Shown here: positions 42,035-52,500 of the stretch, one piece after another
Layout of the letters: the number at the start of each line of letters is the position of its first letter
How positions within the stretch are numbered: the stretch's first letter is position 1
Assembly: GCA_965202985.1 (NCBI GenBank)
Contig: CBDBCF010000001.1
Span: forward strand, 480,001 to 544,000
Length of the DNA stretch: 64,000 nucleotides
Origin: Longimicrobiales bacterium
GTDB lineage: Bacteria > Gemmatimonadota > Gemmatimonadetes > Longimicrobiales > Gaopeijiaceae
Direction: 5' to 3'
Notes under the pieces: model-generated
Database searches by the model: none
What the model was told of the DNA's origin: nothing
The model's input: only the letters and a program-made list of their open reading frames with translations
Made by a program: the position numbers and the translations under genes

Positions 42035-42441
42035 GATTCCTCGGTCATGGTCTCATAGAGGGCAGTGGCATCTGCTATGAAATCACCGACGACTCCAAGG
42101 CAGTCCTGCGCCTTAGTGATACTGTAATCGTGAGACGTGCCGATACGGTGCTTAGCATAGCCTAGCCATCGCTCCAATGGACCGTCAAGCAAGTCGTTTT
42201 CGAATGCGCACCGGAGGATGGGTTTGGGACTGTTGGGCACATCTGGAATGCCCAGGACGTCTACCAAGTACCGCTTGAGAACCTTCCACATGGAATCGTA
42301 GCAGGTTTCAAAACGATGGACGACTGATTCCGCAATGCCGTCCTGTGTGATCTCAGGCAACGATAGATCGAGCTGGCGATAGTTCGCGTGCTGCTCTCGC
42401 AACCGTGCAAGGGAAAGGCGGAACTTGTCGTAGTTGATCAT
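42025..42441 (-). CDS. HEPN domain protein (HI0074/HepT-like RNase toxin)
   Basis: [20 protein letters not shown]...SPK-ILR-AF...W...RIGTSHDY (RX4HXY). Confidence 0.9.
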   Translation of the reverse strand: MINYDKFRLSLARLREQHANYRQLDLSLPEITQDGIAESVVHRFETCYDSMWKVLKRYLVDVLGIPDVPNSPKPILRCAFENDLLDGPLERWLGYAKHRIGTSHDYSITKAQDCLGVVGDFIADATALYETMTEESWH

Positions 42442-44036
42442 CGCGGTGCATCGTCGTTCGGAGGAGGGAACCCCAGTTTCGCCAGGTTGGCCTCGATAGC
42501 AACGTCTAGTCGCCGGGCCTCTGCCACCTGTTTATGCCATTCGGCGGTTAGGCGTCGCATCTTCACCTCGAAAGGCTCGTCTTCCTCTTCTTCTTGGGGC
42601 TCCACACCCACGTACCGACCTGGTGTGAGTACATAGTCGTAGCCGCGCACATCCTCCAGCGAGGCTCTCTTACAGAATCCGGGCACGTCTTCGTACTGAT
42701 CCGTTTCAGAGTCGGTGCGCCATGCGTGGTAGGTGCCCGTGATGCGGGATATCTCCTCTCCCGTGAGTGTCCGGTGGGTGCGGTCCACCATTCGCCCGAG
42801 TTTCCGGGCGTCGATGAAGAGAATTTCGCTGTGCCGGTCCCGTGAAAGAAACCACAGGCAGGCGGGAATCGGCGTGGAATAGAAGAGCTGTCCCGGAAGG
42901 GCGACAATGCAGTCCACTAGCTCCGCGGCCACCAATCCCCGGCGAATCGTCAATTCGGCCTTTTGGTGTGAACTCATTGAGCCGTTGGCAAGCACGAAGC
43001 CAGCCACCCCCCTGGGCGACAGGTGGTGGACGATGTGCTGGACCCAAGCGAAGTTGGCGTTGCCCTTGGGCGGGACGCCGAACTGCCACCGTTGATCTTC
43101 CTTCAGCCGATCGCCTCCCCAGTCGCTCACGTTGAAGGGCGGATTGGCGAGAATGTAGTCGGCCTTGAGGTCGGGATGGAGATCGTTGTGGAAGGTGTCG
43201 CCCTGAGCGATCTGACCCTCGATTCCGCGAACTGCGAGATTCATCTTGGCAAGTCCCCACGTCGTGTAGTTGGACTCCTGGCCGTATATGGAGATGTCGG
43301 GCTTGGCCGACGGCTCACCGTTCGCGGCGTGACCTGGCTCGCCGTTTTCGTTCGGCTTCTGGTGCGCCCGTATGAATTCGACGGACTGCACGAACATGCC
43401 CGACGAGCCGCAACAGGGATCGTACACGCGGCCCTGGAAGGGTTCGATCATCTTGACCAGCAAGCGGACAATGCAGTGCGGCGTATAGAACTGGCCGCCG
43501 CGCTTGCCCTCGTCGGCGGCGAAGCGGGAGAGGAAATACTCGTAGATCCGGCCTAGCACGTCCTTCGAGCGGGCGGCCTCGTCACCAACCATGATGTTGC
43601 TCACCATGTCTATAACCTGCCCGAGACGCGCCTGGTCCATAGACTGGCGGGCGTAGTCCTTCGGCAGCACATCCTTCAGTCCCGGATTGTCGCGCTCGAC
43701 GGCGACCATCGAGTCGTCCACCATTCGGCCGATGCCCGGTTGCTTCGCATTGGCTTTCAAGCGCTCCCATCGGGCCTCGGGCGGCACCCAGAAGATGCTC
43801 TTCGCCCGGTACTCGTCCCGGTCCTCTGGATCGGCGTACTCGTCTTCTTCGAGCTTGGCGTGCAACTCCTCGAAGGCGTCGGAGACGTACTTTAGGAAGA
43901 ACAGCCCGAGGACGACATGCTTGTACTCGGCGGCATCCATTGAGCCGCGCAGGGCGTCGGCCATCTTCCACAGCTTGGCCTCGTAGCCGGTCGTGGCGGC
44001 GGAGGTTGGGGGCTTGGCGTGTTGTCGTGCTGGCAT
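42438..44036 (-). CDS. hsdM: Type I R-M methyltransferase subunit
   Basis: [49 protein letters not shown]. Confidence 0.97.
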   Translation of the reverse strand: MPARQHAKPPTSAATTGYEAKLWKMADALRGSMDAAEYKHVVLGLFFLKYVSDAFEELHAKLEEDEYADPEDRDEYRAKSIFWVPPEARWERLKANAKQPGIGRMVDDSMVAVERDNPGLKDVLPKDYARQSMDQARLGQVIDMVSNIMVGDEAARSKDVLGRIYEYFLSRFAADEGKRGGQFYTPHCIVRLLVKMIEPFQGRVYDPCCGSSGMFVQSVEFIRAHQKPNENGEPGHAANGEPSAKPDISIYGQESNYTTWGLAKMNLAVRGIEGQIAQGDTFHNDLHPDLKADYILANPPFNVSDWGGDRLKEDQRWQFGVPPKGNANFAWVQHIVHHLSPRGVAGFVLANGSMSSHQKAELTIRRGLVAAELVDCIVALPGQLFYSTPIPACLWFLSRDRHSEILFIDARKLGRMVDRTHRTLTGEEISRITGTYHAWRTDSETDQYEDVPGFCKRASLEDVRGYDYVLTPGRYVGVEPQEEEEDEPFEVKMRRLTAEWHKQVAEARRLDVAIEANLAKLGFPPPNDDAPR

Positions 44037-44289
44037 CGATGTGGCCCGATCTTCTGACTTCTGACGTGTCCGAATCGTCAACATTGGCGTTGCCAACCGC
44101 CTCGGTCAAGCCCTGGCTTGGGGGCCGCCGCCACCGCAGGGGCCAAGCGGGAGCCACGGGCATGCCACGCGGGCCGTCCGTCAGGCGGAGGCTTCGCCTC
44201 GCCGACCTCGCCGCGACCGACGCACTCGGCGACACCCGGCGGGCACAGCGACGTCTCCGGCTACGCCCGATTCGGGGACGCGGGACGGG

Positions 44290-44375
44290 CTCGGCCAGCG
44301 ACGCCACGTCGCCCCCGTCCATCGTCTGCACCGTCACGCCCACCACCGCGCCCGCCTCCAGTCCACGACCTGCCC
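44290..44375 (-). pseudogene. Short transposase remnant (IS1182/IS5-like)
   Basis: ..VD / LEAGAVVGVTVQTMDGGDVASL resembles the AVDLETGAVVAVTVQ-AD-GD segment I recall from DDE transposases; no intact ORF. Confidence 0.4.
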
Positions 44376-44443
44376 TAGCTTGTGACCCTATGCTCCAATG
44401 CCGGTGCAAGATCGAGGGACAGGCCGTGGCTCTCTTGCCTGTA

Positions 44444-44992
44444 CTACTCCTCTTCCGGTCCTAGAAGCTTTTCCAGTTGGGTGTGACCCCCGCCAATCTT
44501 TCCCAGGACGTGCTGTGATGTCGTAAACGACACGCGGATGCCTCCACGGCCCTGAAGAAACTCGTCATCGACCCTGGTCACCCTGACATCCTGTATGTCG
44601 GATGGGATCATATTTTTGACGTCCGCAAGCCACCGCAGGAATACGATGAGATTGGCACTGGGGTCAATGACTCGCTCCATCGGAATACCGAGGGAGTTGT
44701 CCGGACTGACCTCCATGTCGGGCGCGAGTTCTCCTTCCCAGATGTGCCTGTAGGTTGCTTGCATCTGGCGAATATCGTCCTCCGTCGGGCCTCCTACGCG
44801 GACACGCTCAAAGAGCTCGCGAATCTCGTCCTCTGGTAGCGCAGTCAGGCACTCAGGTTCCGAGCAAAACTCTGTTGCCTTGTTTATCAGTATGTCATGG
44901 AGCGACGCACCAGTGTTGAATAGAGAGGGGGCCGTCTTGGCCAATACAACTACCACGGCCATTGCGCGAGCTTGCTGGTCGATGATTCCCAT
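44444..44992 (-). CDS. Hypothetical protein (182 aa)
   Basis: Strong AAGGAG RBS before ATG; lower GC; no motif recognised. Confidence 0.7.
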   Translation of the reverse strand: MGIIDQQARAMAVVVVLAKTAPSLFNTGASLHDILINKATEFCSEPECLTALPEDEIRELFERVRVGGPTEDDIRQMQATYRHIWEGELAPDMEVSPDNSLGIPMERVIDPSANLIVFLRWLADVKNMIPSDIQDVRVTRVDDEFLQGRGGIRVSFTTSQHVLGKIGGGHTQLEKLLGPEEE

Positions 44993-45209
44993 TTCGTCTC
45001 CTTTAGTTGACCCGTCTAGTTCACCATCGGTGAATTGGGGAAGGGGAGCGAGCGTGCGTCGGCGAGGCCAGTAAGTTCAAGATGCCACGTCGAGAACTGG
45101 CAGCCTTACGCTCGCAATGCCGAGGTGAAGATAGCGAAAGTCCCGTTTCGGTACAAGTCGGCTCGGGGCGAGCTTCGGCCCGACAAGGTGCACGAACATG
45201 CCCGCCCTG

Positions 45210-45553
45210 CCTGGACACCGCGACCTCGAACACCTCGTTGGTCAGGGCTCCCAGTCGCATGCGCCAGAAGTTTCTCCAGGCGGGACGGATCGGCGAGGAA
45301 TTCGCCGGCTTCGCTTTCCTGTTGAAGGTACAGCGTCGCAGCCGCCTTGACGAATCCCCCGCACGTCGCCGAAGCGGCGGATCAGCTCCTTCGCCGGTTG
45401 CTTCACGTCGGAGCGCGGGATCGCCAGAGTCAGCAGCAGCTCCACGATCTCGTAGTCGGCGAAGCCTTCCAGGCCCGACTTCCAGAAGCGGTCGCGGAGC
45501 CTCTGCCGGTGTCCAGCGTGCGTGCTCACCGCCTCGGGCTGCTCGCGCACCAT
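45210..45553 (-). pseudogene. radC: RadC-family pseudogene (JAB domain lost)
   Basis: HAGHRQRLRDRF...DYEIVELLL-LAIPRSDVK--AK-LI-RFG, then frameshifted FVKAAATLYL...MRLGALTNEVFEVA, then truncated. Confidence 0.8.
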
Positions 45554-45740
45554 GTCGGGCCGGTCGCCCATCAAGCCGCGCAGGGCGTCGGCCGTCTTCC
45601 CAGGTCGGCCTTGTGGTCCGTGGCGGCGGCCCAGGAGGGAGTGACGCAGGCGTGCGGTGTCATGGGTCTGGGAGGGGGCTTCGCGTGGCTCTTGCCGATT
45701 CCCGCAAGATACCGGGCCACTTGAAGGAGGGCCATCCGCG

Positions 45741-46007
45741 ACGACGGCGACCACCTACACCACACGGGAAGCCGCGGCTCGATTCCCGGCAATCGTCGAG
45801 CGGGTTCGCAACGACGAGACGGCGACCGTGGCCGACGAGGGCCAACCGGCCGTCGAGATTCGCTTGGCGCCCGGGACGATGAGAGAGAAGCTGCGGGAGC
45901 TCGAGCGCGACGGCATCCTGGTGCGGACCACGATCCGAAACCGAACTCGGAAGATCGGGAGGCGGATACCCGGAGCGCTGGACAGCTTCCTGGCCAACCG
46001 CGAGTAG
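45741..46007 (+). CDS. Phd/YefM-like antitoxin, orphan, start codon doubtful
   Basis: TTYTTREAAARFPAIVERVR-DET-TV--EGQPAVEI; AAGGAGG RBS followed by ACG rather than ATG; no toxin gene downstream. Confidence 0.6.
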   Translation, partial: TTATTYTTREAAARFPAIVERVRNDETATVADEGQPAVEIRLAPGTMREKLRELERDGILVRTTIRNRTRKIGRRIPGALDSFLANRE

Positions 46008-46166
46008 AGCCGCCCGGCGACGCAAGACGAGCGGGGTCGAACTGGGGGTCGGCGCGACGGCTGCGAGTGCCCGAGACGGGGATCGGCGCGGAGGCCGCCA
46101 GCCCCCGGTCGCGGCGAGGCGACGGGACCCCGGCAGCCCCGTGCTGACGCGAGGTGGCGGGGATCG

Positions 46167-46700
46167 CTAGTTGGCGAGTCGGGCCAGCAACTCGGCTGCC
46201 GTGTCGCACTCGATGATGGCGTCCGCCGCCGCGTCCAATTCCTTGCGTCCGTCCATGCCGCCGATCAGGCCCGACAGCTGGATCCCCGGCGGCCTTCCCG
46301 ATAGCCCTCGCGATAGCCCTCGCGGCGGCCCTCGTCCCGCAGCCTTGCCATCTCTTCTTCGATCTGCTTGTACATGTCTCTCGCTCCCGGCAAACTGGTG
46401 ATCTTCGACAGTTCTTCTTCCGAACGGCCCCACTTCCGCGCCGCGCCCACCGCCCACGGCGCGAACGCCTGCGCGACCCCGGCGTGTTCGGGACCCGGGT
46501 ACGCCTCCAACACCTCGTCCAGCACGGCCCGGACTTACCCGTGCCGCCGTCTCGCTCGAGCTCCCTCAACCAAGTCAGGATGCGCCGCTTCCGCAAGCTT
46601 CGCCGGGGCGGGGTGCGGGGTTGTGGCGGAAGTCGACGCGCCCCGCCATGTCGGCCTGTCCGCGCGCGAGCTTGGAGGCCGACGCACTCGGGCGCGGCAC
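46167..46700 (-). pseudogene. Degenerate partial duplicate of the adjacent Rpn gene
   Basis: Near-identical to parts of 46796-47600 (RKRRILTWLRELERDGG; VLDEVLEAYPGPEHAG; LSGLIGGMDGR) with deletions and frameshifts. Confidence 0.85.
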
Positions 46701-46795
46701 CCCAGCGGTCCGGCCGCCAAGTATCGATTCCGGTGGAAGCGCAGTGCGCCCGACAGACGGATGTCGCTCGACGGCGACCCGGAATCTTGGCTGGG

Positions 46796-47788
46796 CTAGC
46801 TCGCGAGTCGGGCGATCAGCTCCGCGACCGTGTCACACTCGATGACGGCGTCCGCCGCCGCATCCAACTCGTCGCGTCCGTCCATGCCGCCGATCAGGCC
46901 CGACAGCTCCACGGCCACGTCCGCGCCGAACTTCTTGGCCACTTGGCGCTCCAGCCGGATCTTCGCTTCCCGATGGCCCTTCCGATGGCCTTCCGCCCGC
47001 AGCCTTGCCATCTCTTCTTCGATCTGCGTGTACATGTCTCTCGCCTCCATCAAGTTGGTGATCTTCGACAGTTCCTCTTCCGAACGTCCCCACGTCCGCG
47101 CCGCGCCTATCGCCCACAGCGCGAACGCCTCCGCTACCCCCGCGTGCTCCGGACCCGGGTACGCCTCCAGCACCTCGTCCAGCACGGCCCGGACCTTCGC
47201 CGTGCCGCCGTCGCGCTCCAGCTCCCTCAACCACGTCAGGATGCGCCGCTTCCGCAAGCTTCGCCGGGGCACCGCTCGCATGTCAAGCACCTGGTACGGC
47301 AGCCGGACCGAAAGGCCGCGCAGCTGGGGCAGCGTGTGCGAGATCAGGTGGGCGATGTCGAGGAGGGCGTCCCAAGGAGGGGTGCCGTTGTGGACGACGC
47401 AGACGACGACGGGGGGCAGCCGGTGGTCGGCACCGGGCGGCGTCTCGCGGATCAGGTTCTCGTAGGCGTCGGCGACGTAGCGGAGGACGCGGGCGGCCAT
47501 GGAGGGGTCGACACGGGACTGGAACTCGAGGAGCAGGACCACGGAGCCGGGCCGGTGTCGGAAGTCGACGCGCCAGAGCATATCGGCCTGCCGGCGTTCG
47601 AGACGGGAGCCGACGTGCTCCGGGGTGATCTTGCGCAGCGAGTCGAGGTCGAGTTGGTCGGCCCATTGAGGTGCGAGGTAGTCTTGGAGGAGTTCTGCGA
47701 CGGTGGGGGTCTGGGAGAAGAAGAACTTGTAGACCTCGTCGTGCTTGCGGCGCGGTGGGCGGGGGTTGTCGAGGTAGGCGTCGGGCAA
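46796..47788 (-). CDS. Rpn family PD-(D/E)XK nuclease / putative transposase
   Basis: KHDEVYKFFF...LDLDSL...RQADMLWRV...LLLEFQSRVDPSMAARV-RY...VHNG-PPW; TTG start with GGAGG RBS. Confidence 0.9.
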   Translation of the reverse strand: MPDAYLDNPRPPRRKHDEVYKFFFSQTPTVAELLQDYLAPQWADQLDLDSLRKITPEHVGSRLERRQADMLWRVDFRHRPGSVVLLLEFQSRVDPSMAARVLRYVADAYENLIRETPPGADHRLPPVVVCVVHNGTPPWDALLDIAHLISHTLPQLRGLSVRLPYQVLDMRAVPRRSLRKRRILTWLRELERDGGTAKVRAVLDEVLEAYPGPEHAGVAEAFALWAIGAARTWGRSEEELSKITNLMEARDMYTQIEEEMARLRAEGHRKGHREAKIRLERQVAKKFGADVAVELSGLIGGMDGRDELDAAADAVIECDTVAELIARLAS

Positions 47789-47949
47789 CGGGGCCTCCTG
47801 TGGGCGCGGGGGTTCGCGGGTTCGCGGAGGCCCTTGGGGGCGCTCCGGGCCCGGGGGAATGGCCGGGCCGGAAGCAAGATGCACCCCGAAATTGGGCGTT
47901 TGGATAGCTGGATCGGCCTCACTTCGCGGGCCGTGGCCGTGCACGGCAA

Positions 47950-48060
47950 ATTCGATGAATGAAATGAAATCAGCTGATTTAGTATACATAATCACACATG
48001 ATTGCAATAACAAGTATACATAAATTCGTTATTTTCATTGTGAATCTAGAATCATCCTGG
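47950..48060. promoter_or_regulatory. AT-rich divergent promoter/operator region
   Basis: Perfect palindrome AAATCAGCTGATTT (47967-47980) and direct repeat AGTATACATAA (47981, 48013) between divergent genes. Confidence 0.55.
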
Positions 48061-48133
48061 ACAAAACTTCCAACCTTCCCCATCTTTCGAGGCACCCAGC
48101 GCGACGAACCCCAACCCGACGGGAGACGGCCCA

Positions 48134-49540
48134 ATGATCGAGTTCGGCGAAATGCAGCGGGAGCTGGCTCGGGCTCCGTGGTGGACCAAGCCAACCACTT
48201 GGCGGCTGGACGACCCGGACCTCCGCCGCGCCCGCGCCGCGCCGTTCGACTACACGGCCGGCGTACTGGACGACCTGGAGACCGGCGGGCTCTACATCCT
48301 CCGCGGCCCCAGGCGGGTCGGGAAAACCGTCGAGGTGAAGAAGGCGATCGAACGCCTCGTCGCCCCCCAGGATGCCGACCCCCGGCTGGTCCTCCACTTG
48401 GCCGCGGACCGCTTGGTGGCGAGGGACCTGCGCACGGCGGTGGAGGCCGCCGCCGACCTGACCCCGCCCGCCCGTCGCACTTGGTTCATCGACGAGATCA
48501 CGGCCATCAGGGACGGCTGGCCGACCGAGATCAAGTGGTTGCGCGACAACGACGCCCGCTTCGCCGAGGACACGGTGGTGCTGACCGGCTCGTCCGCCGC
48601 CGACCTGGGCGAGTCGGTCAAGGCGCTGGCGGGTCGCCGAGGAGACGTCGCCGAGCCCGACCGGGTGCTCCTGCCCATGTCCTTTCGGGCGTTCGTGCGC
48701 GCCGTCGTGAACGAACCGCCGCCCGACGACGCCGTTCCGCCCACGGCCCTGCAGGACTTGCAGCCGCCGGTCCTCGCGGAGGCCGCCCGCGCGACGGCGC
48801 CCTGGCTAGACACGCTGACGGCCGCTTGGGGCGCCTACATCTCCGTCGGGGGCTTTCCGACGGCCGTCTCCTGCCATGTGGGCGGGGAAAGCGACGAAGG
48901 GTTCCGTCGCGACCTGCTAGACGTGGTTCACGGCGAGGCGCTTCGGGGCGCCCGATGGTCGAAGGCGGAGACCGACGCCTTCGTGAGACGGCTGGCGCAG
49001 GGGGTAGGGTCGCCGACGAACCGATCCGACATCGCCAACCACATCGGCGGGTCCGCCGGCCTAGTGGGGCGGCGCATCGACGCCCTGCGCGACGGATTCG
49101 TGGCCTGGCCCTGCTTCCGGGAGGCCGACCTGCGGCCCAAGCTCCGCGCCCAGGAGAAGGTGTACTTTGTCGACCCCGTGTTCGCCCGGCTGACCCGGCG
49201 GCCCGAGCAGCTCAACGCCGGCCTCCTGTCGGAGCAGCAGTTGGGAACGGCGTTCCTCCGCTCCTTCGCGCGCGACCGGCCGGGAGGACTGCTGGACTTC
49301 GACGCCGTGCTGCACCACCGCACCCCCACCCGCAAGGAGATCGACTTCGTTGGCCCCTCGTTCGGCGGCACCGCCATCGAGTCCAAGTACGTCTCCGGCA
49401 AGCGCTGGCGTCGCGCGATCCCAACCCTGAAGGCGTCGCGCTGGCACGGCATCGTGGCCACCAAGGACGTGCTGAACCTCGCCAACCCCGACGTGGCGGC
49501 GGTGCCAACCGGGATCCTGACTTGGCTGATCGGAGGATGA
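48134..49540 (+). CDS. AAA_14 ATPase with C-terminal DUF4143-like nuclease domain
   Basis: LRGPRRVGKT, WFIDEIT, VLTGSS, Y-SVGGFP, KVYFVDP, EIDFV...IESK. Confidence 0.88.
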   Translation: MIEFGEMQRELARAPWWTKPTTWRLDDPDLRRARAAPFDYTAGVLDDLETGGLYILRGPRRVGKTVEVKKAIERLVAPQDADPRLVLHLAADRLVARDLRTAVEAAADLTPPARRTWFIDEITAIRDGWPTEIKWLRDNDARFAEDTVVLTGSSAADLGESVKALAGRRGDVAEPDRVLLPMSFRAFVRAVVNEPPPDDAVPPTALQDLQPPVLAEAARATAPWLDTLTAAWGAYISVGGFPTAVSCHVGGESDEGFRRDLLDVVHGEALRGARWSKAETDAFVRRLAQGVGSPTNRSDIANHIGGSAGLVGRRIDALRDGFVAWPCFREADLRPKLRAQEKVYFVDPVFARLTRRPEQLNAGLLSEQQLGTAFLRSFARDRPGGLLDFDAVLHHRTPTRKEIDFVGPSFGGTAIESKYVSGKRWRRAIPTLKASRWHGIVATKDVLNLANPDVAAVPTGILTWLIGG

Positions 49541-49541
49541 C

Positions 49542-52500
49542 ATGACGGCCGTGAAAGACCCGTTGTACCGGGCGATCGAGAGGAGGCTGTCCGAGCGGCT
49601 GGACCCGGTGCTGTTCGAGCGCTGCGCGGTGGAGCTTCTGCGTCCCGTCTATCCGGGGCTGGTTCCAGTCTCCGGCGGCGACGACGCGGGCATGGACGGT
49701 GCGATCTCCATGCCGACCGGCGGACCGCCCGTGCCGCTGGTGTGCACGACCAGCGAAAACGTGATCGGGAACCTGACCAAGAGCTTGGAGTCGTACAAAC
49801 GGTCCGGCCAGAAGGGTCGCGAGGCAGTGCTGGCCACATCCCAAGCATTGACGCCTCGCGAGCGCCGCAACCTTGAGGAACGGGCGCAAAAGATGGGCTT
49901 CGAGCTCCTGAACGTCCATGACCGCCATGATTTCACCGGCCGCCTGTATCGCCATCCGGAGTGGCGTCGGGAACTGCTGGGGCTTTCCGGCGACTTGCCC
50001 GCGCTGTCGGTCTACCCGCGGCTCCACCAGCCCCGCATCCGTTACGGGGGCGACCGAGCGCTTGTGGGCCGGGACGAAGCCGCATCCTGGGTGCTGTCCC
50101 AACGCGACGACTTCGTTCTCGTCGGCCAGCCCGGCGTGGGCAAGAGGTCGTTGTTGCGGCTGCTCGCCGAAAAGGGACGAGGCCTGTTCGTCATCACCAA
50201 CGACCTAGAGCGAATCGCCGACGATTATCGTGCCGCGCAGCCCGAGTTCCTACTGTTGGAGGATGCGCATCTGCTCGGGAGGGACTTGCATCTGCGCTCC
50301 GACCTGCTGTCGGCGATCTGCCGAATGCGGTGGGAGATTGAAGCGTCCTTCAAGATCGCTGTTACCACATGGAATTGGCCTGACCGACGAGTTGCAAACG
50401 CAATCGGTCCAGTTGAGTCGACCAAGACGATCCACCCCCTCTCAAGGCCAGATACGGCCAAAATCGTTTGTTCCATCGCCCCCAAGCTGCCCGAGGCCGC
50501 GGTCGCCGAGATCTTGGACCAGAGCGAGGGTCGGCCGGGCCTGACGGTTACGCTTGCGGAGCACGCCGGGACTCGGAATCCCGCAAGTCGTCTGCACAAC
50601 GGTCAACAGCTACTGGAATACCTCCGGCGATCCTGCGCCAGTCCCGGTCTCACCGCCCGCGATCTTGACGTGCTGGGCGCGTTCGCGCTAGCCGGAAGCA
50701 CCGGTGCGGCTTTCGCCGGCGTCGCCCGTGCACTTGGCGAAGGCGAAGTGAGCGTTCGTGCGACGCTGTCCAAGATCGCTCACACAGGGATCGTCAAGGA
50801 CCGCGGCCACTACCTGGCCATCGTCAACCCAGCACTGCGCGCCGCCCTGGTCGCTCGGACGTTCTTTCAGGGACCGTCGAGTCTCGCCGTATGCGAACAT
50901 CTTGCTGTGATGCCGGACCGGAACAGCGCTACGAAGACGTTGATCGACGCGCTGGCCCGAGGGGTTTCGGCGCCCCAGGAGCTGATTCAATCGCGACTTC
51001 CCGAAGATACGACCGACCCGGCAGATCAGGAACTTTGGCAATGCTATGCTGGAACCGGAAAGGCGGCCGTCAGGTGGATTGTTCACGAACATTCTCGCAA
51101 GATTCCGACCATTGCCTACCAGGCACTGCGTATTCTGCCGGCAACTACGCTGCCGAAGCTGATCTCGGTGATATCGGCTTCGCAGGAGGACGGTGAGCCG
51201 GACCGACAAGAAGACACACCGTCATCGCAACGATCTGTTGAGGTGCTGGACAGCTGGGGTATTGATCCAGCAATAACGGCAATCGAAGACTGGATACGAG
51301 AACCCACGCGTCACACAGTACGTCGCCGCCGCCTGCTCCTTGACGCGCTGTCAAGCTCCTTCGCAGGTCTGCATCAGGCATCAAGGGGTTTGCGCCAAGC
51401 GACGGCCGCGCTCGTGCCCATCGTCTTCTCCCTTGATCTTCGAAGACTTAGGCCGGATCTGATTGAATTGGGGACAATCTGGCTCGACATTCGAGAGCCG
51501 TTGCTCGATCACGTCGAACAAATCCACGCACTATGGGAGCCGTCCATCAACCTGTTGCGGAAGGCGCACGCGGTCGACACGGCTCGCGGGATCGCCCGGT
51601 CATGGGCAACAGCACCCTTGCGCCCCAGTAGCGGCCTTCCTCCCGAAACCGCCAGGGTCGTGCAGGACTTGGCCGCAGGGATGATCACGGACGTAGTGAG
51701 GTGGAGCGACCGTCGCCCGGGCGTTGTGCTGTGGGCCAAGCAGATCGCCGCCGAATGCGACCTGCACGTCGCGGGCCTGCCGGAATCGCCGTCGGATCTG
51801 AAAGAGCTCTTCGGAATCGAACCCGACGACTTAACGCAGGGCCGACAAGACCGGGCCATCCGCTTGGTGGCGGAGAAGCTTGCCAGCCGACCGGCGGCCG
51901 TCGGCATCGATCAACTCCTCCGTTACCAAGAGGAGGCCAGCGTCATGCTGTACAAGGGGACAGCCTTGGGGGCAGTCGAGAAGGTCCTTCACCACATGGC
52001 TGAACTCACGCAAGACCCCTCCGCGTGCGTGGTCGTTCTTGTGTCCCGACAGGCACCTGAACATTGGGTGGCGCCGTTTGTGGACGCAATGCTGGCAAAG
52101 GGCCATGGATGCGAAGAGGGATGGCGGGCACTGCTGGATCGTGACGAATACGGCCCCGTAGTCCTACAATGCGTCATCTGCCGATCCGAAGTTCCGAAGA
52201 CTGTCGAAACATACGTACTCGAGCGACTAGCAGACGGCAGAACGGTGCTGGATATTGTCACCTGGAGAGATGTTCCGAATGCGTGGAAGGAACGCGTACT
52301 GACCCACGAGGACCAACAGGTGGCTGGCACCGCCGCGTGCGAGATGTATCGCCAATACCGGGACCGGGACCGCGACCCCGAGCTTTCAACGTTGTCAAGG
52401 AGGGTGCGAGCGGCATGGCGCCGGGCAGTTGTCGAATCCGACGACGAGGCGACGCTTGCGAGCGTGTTTGAACACCATCCGAACGTCGTGAAGGCGTGGC

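Noticed and set aside
46030..46050. GTTCGA (minus strand) as a tRNA T-loop or attachment site
   Set aside because: The flanks do not pair into a T-stem, no cloverleaf can be built and no integrase is in the window.
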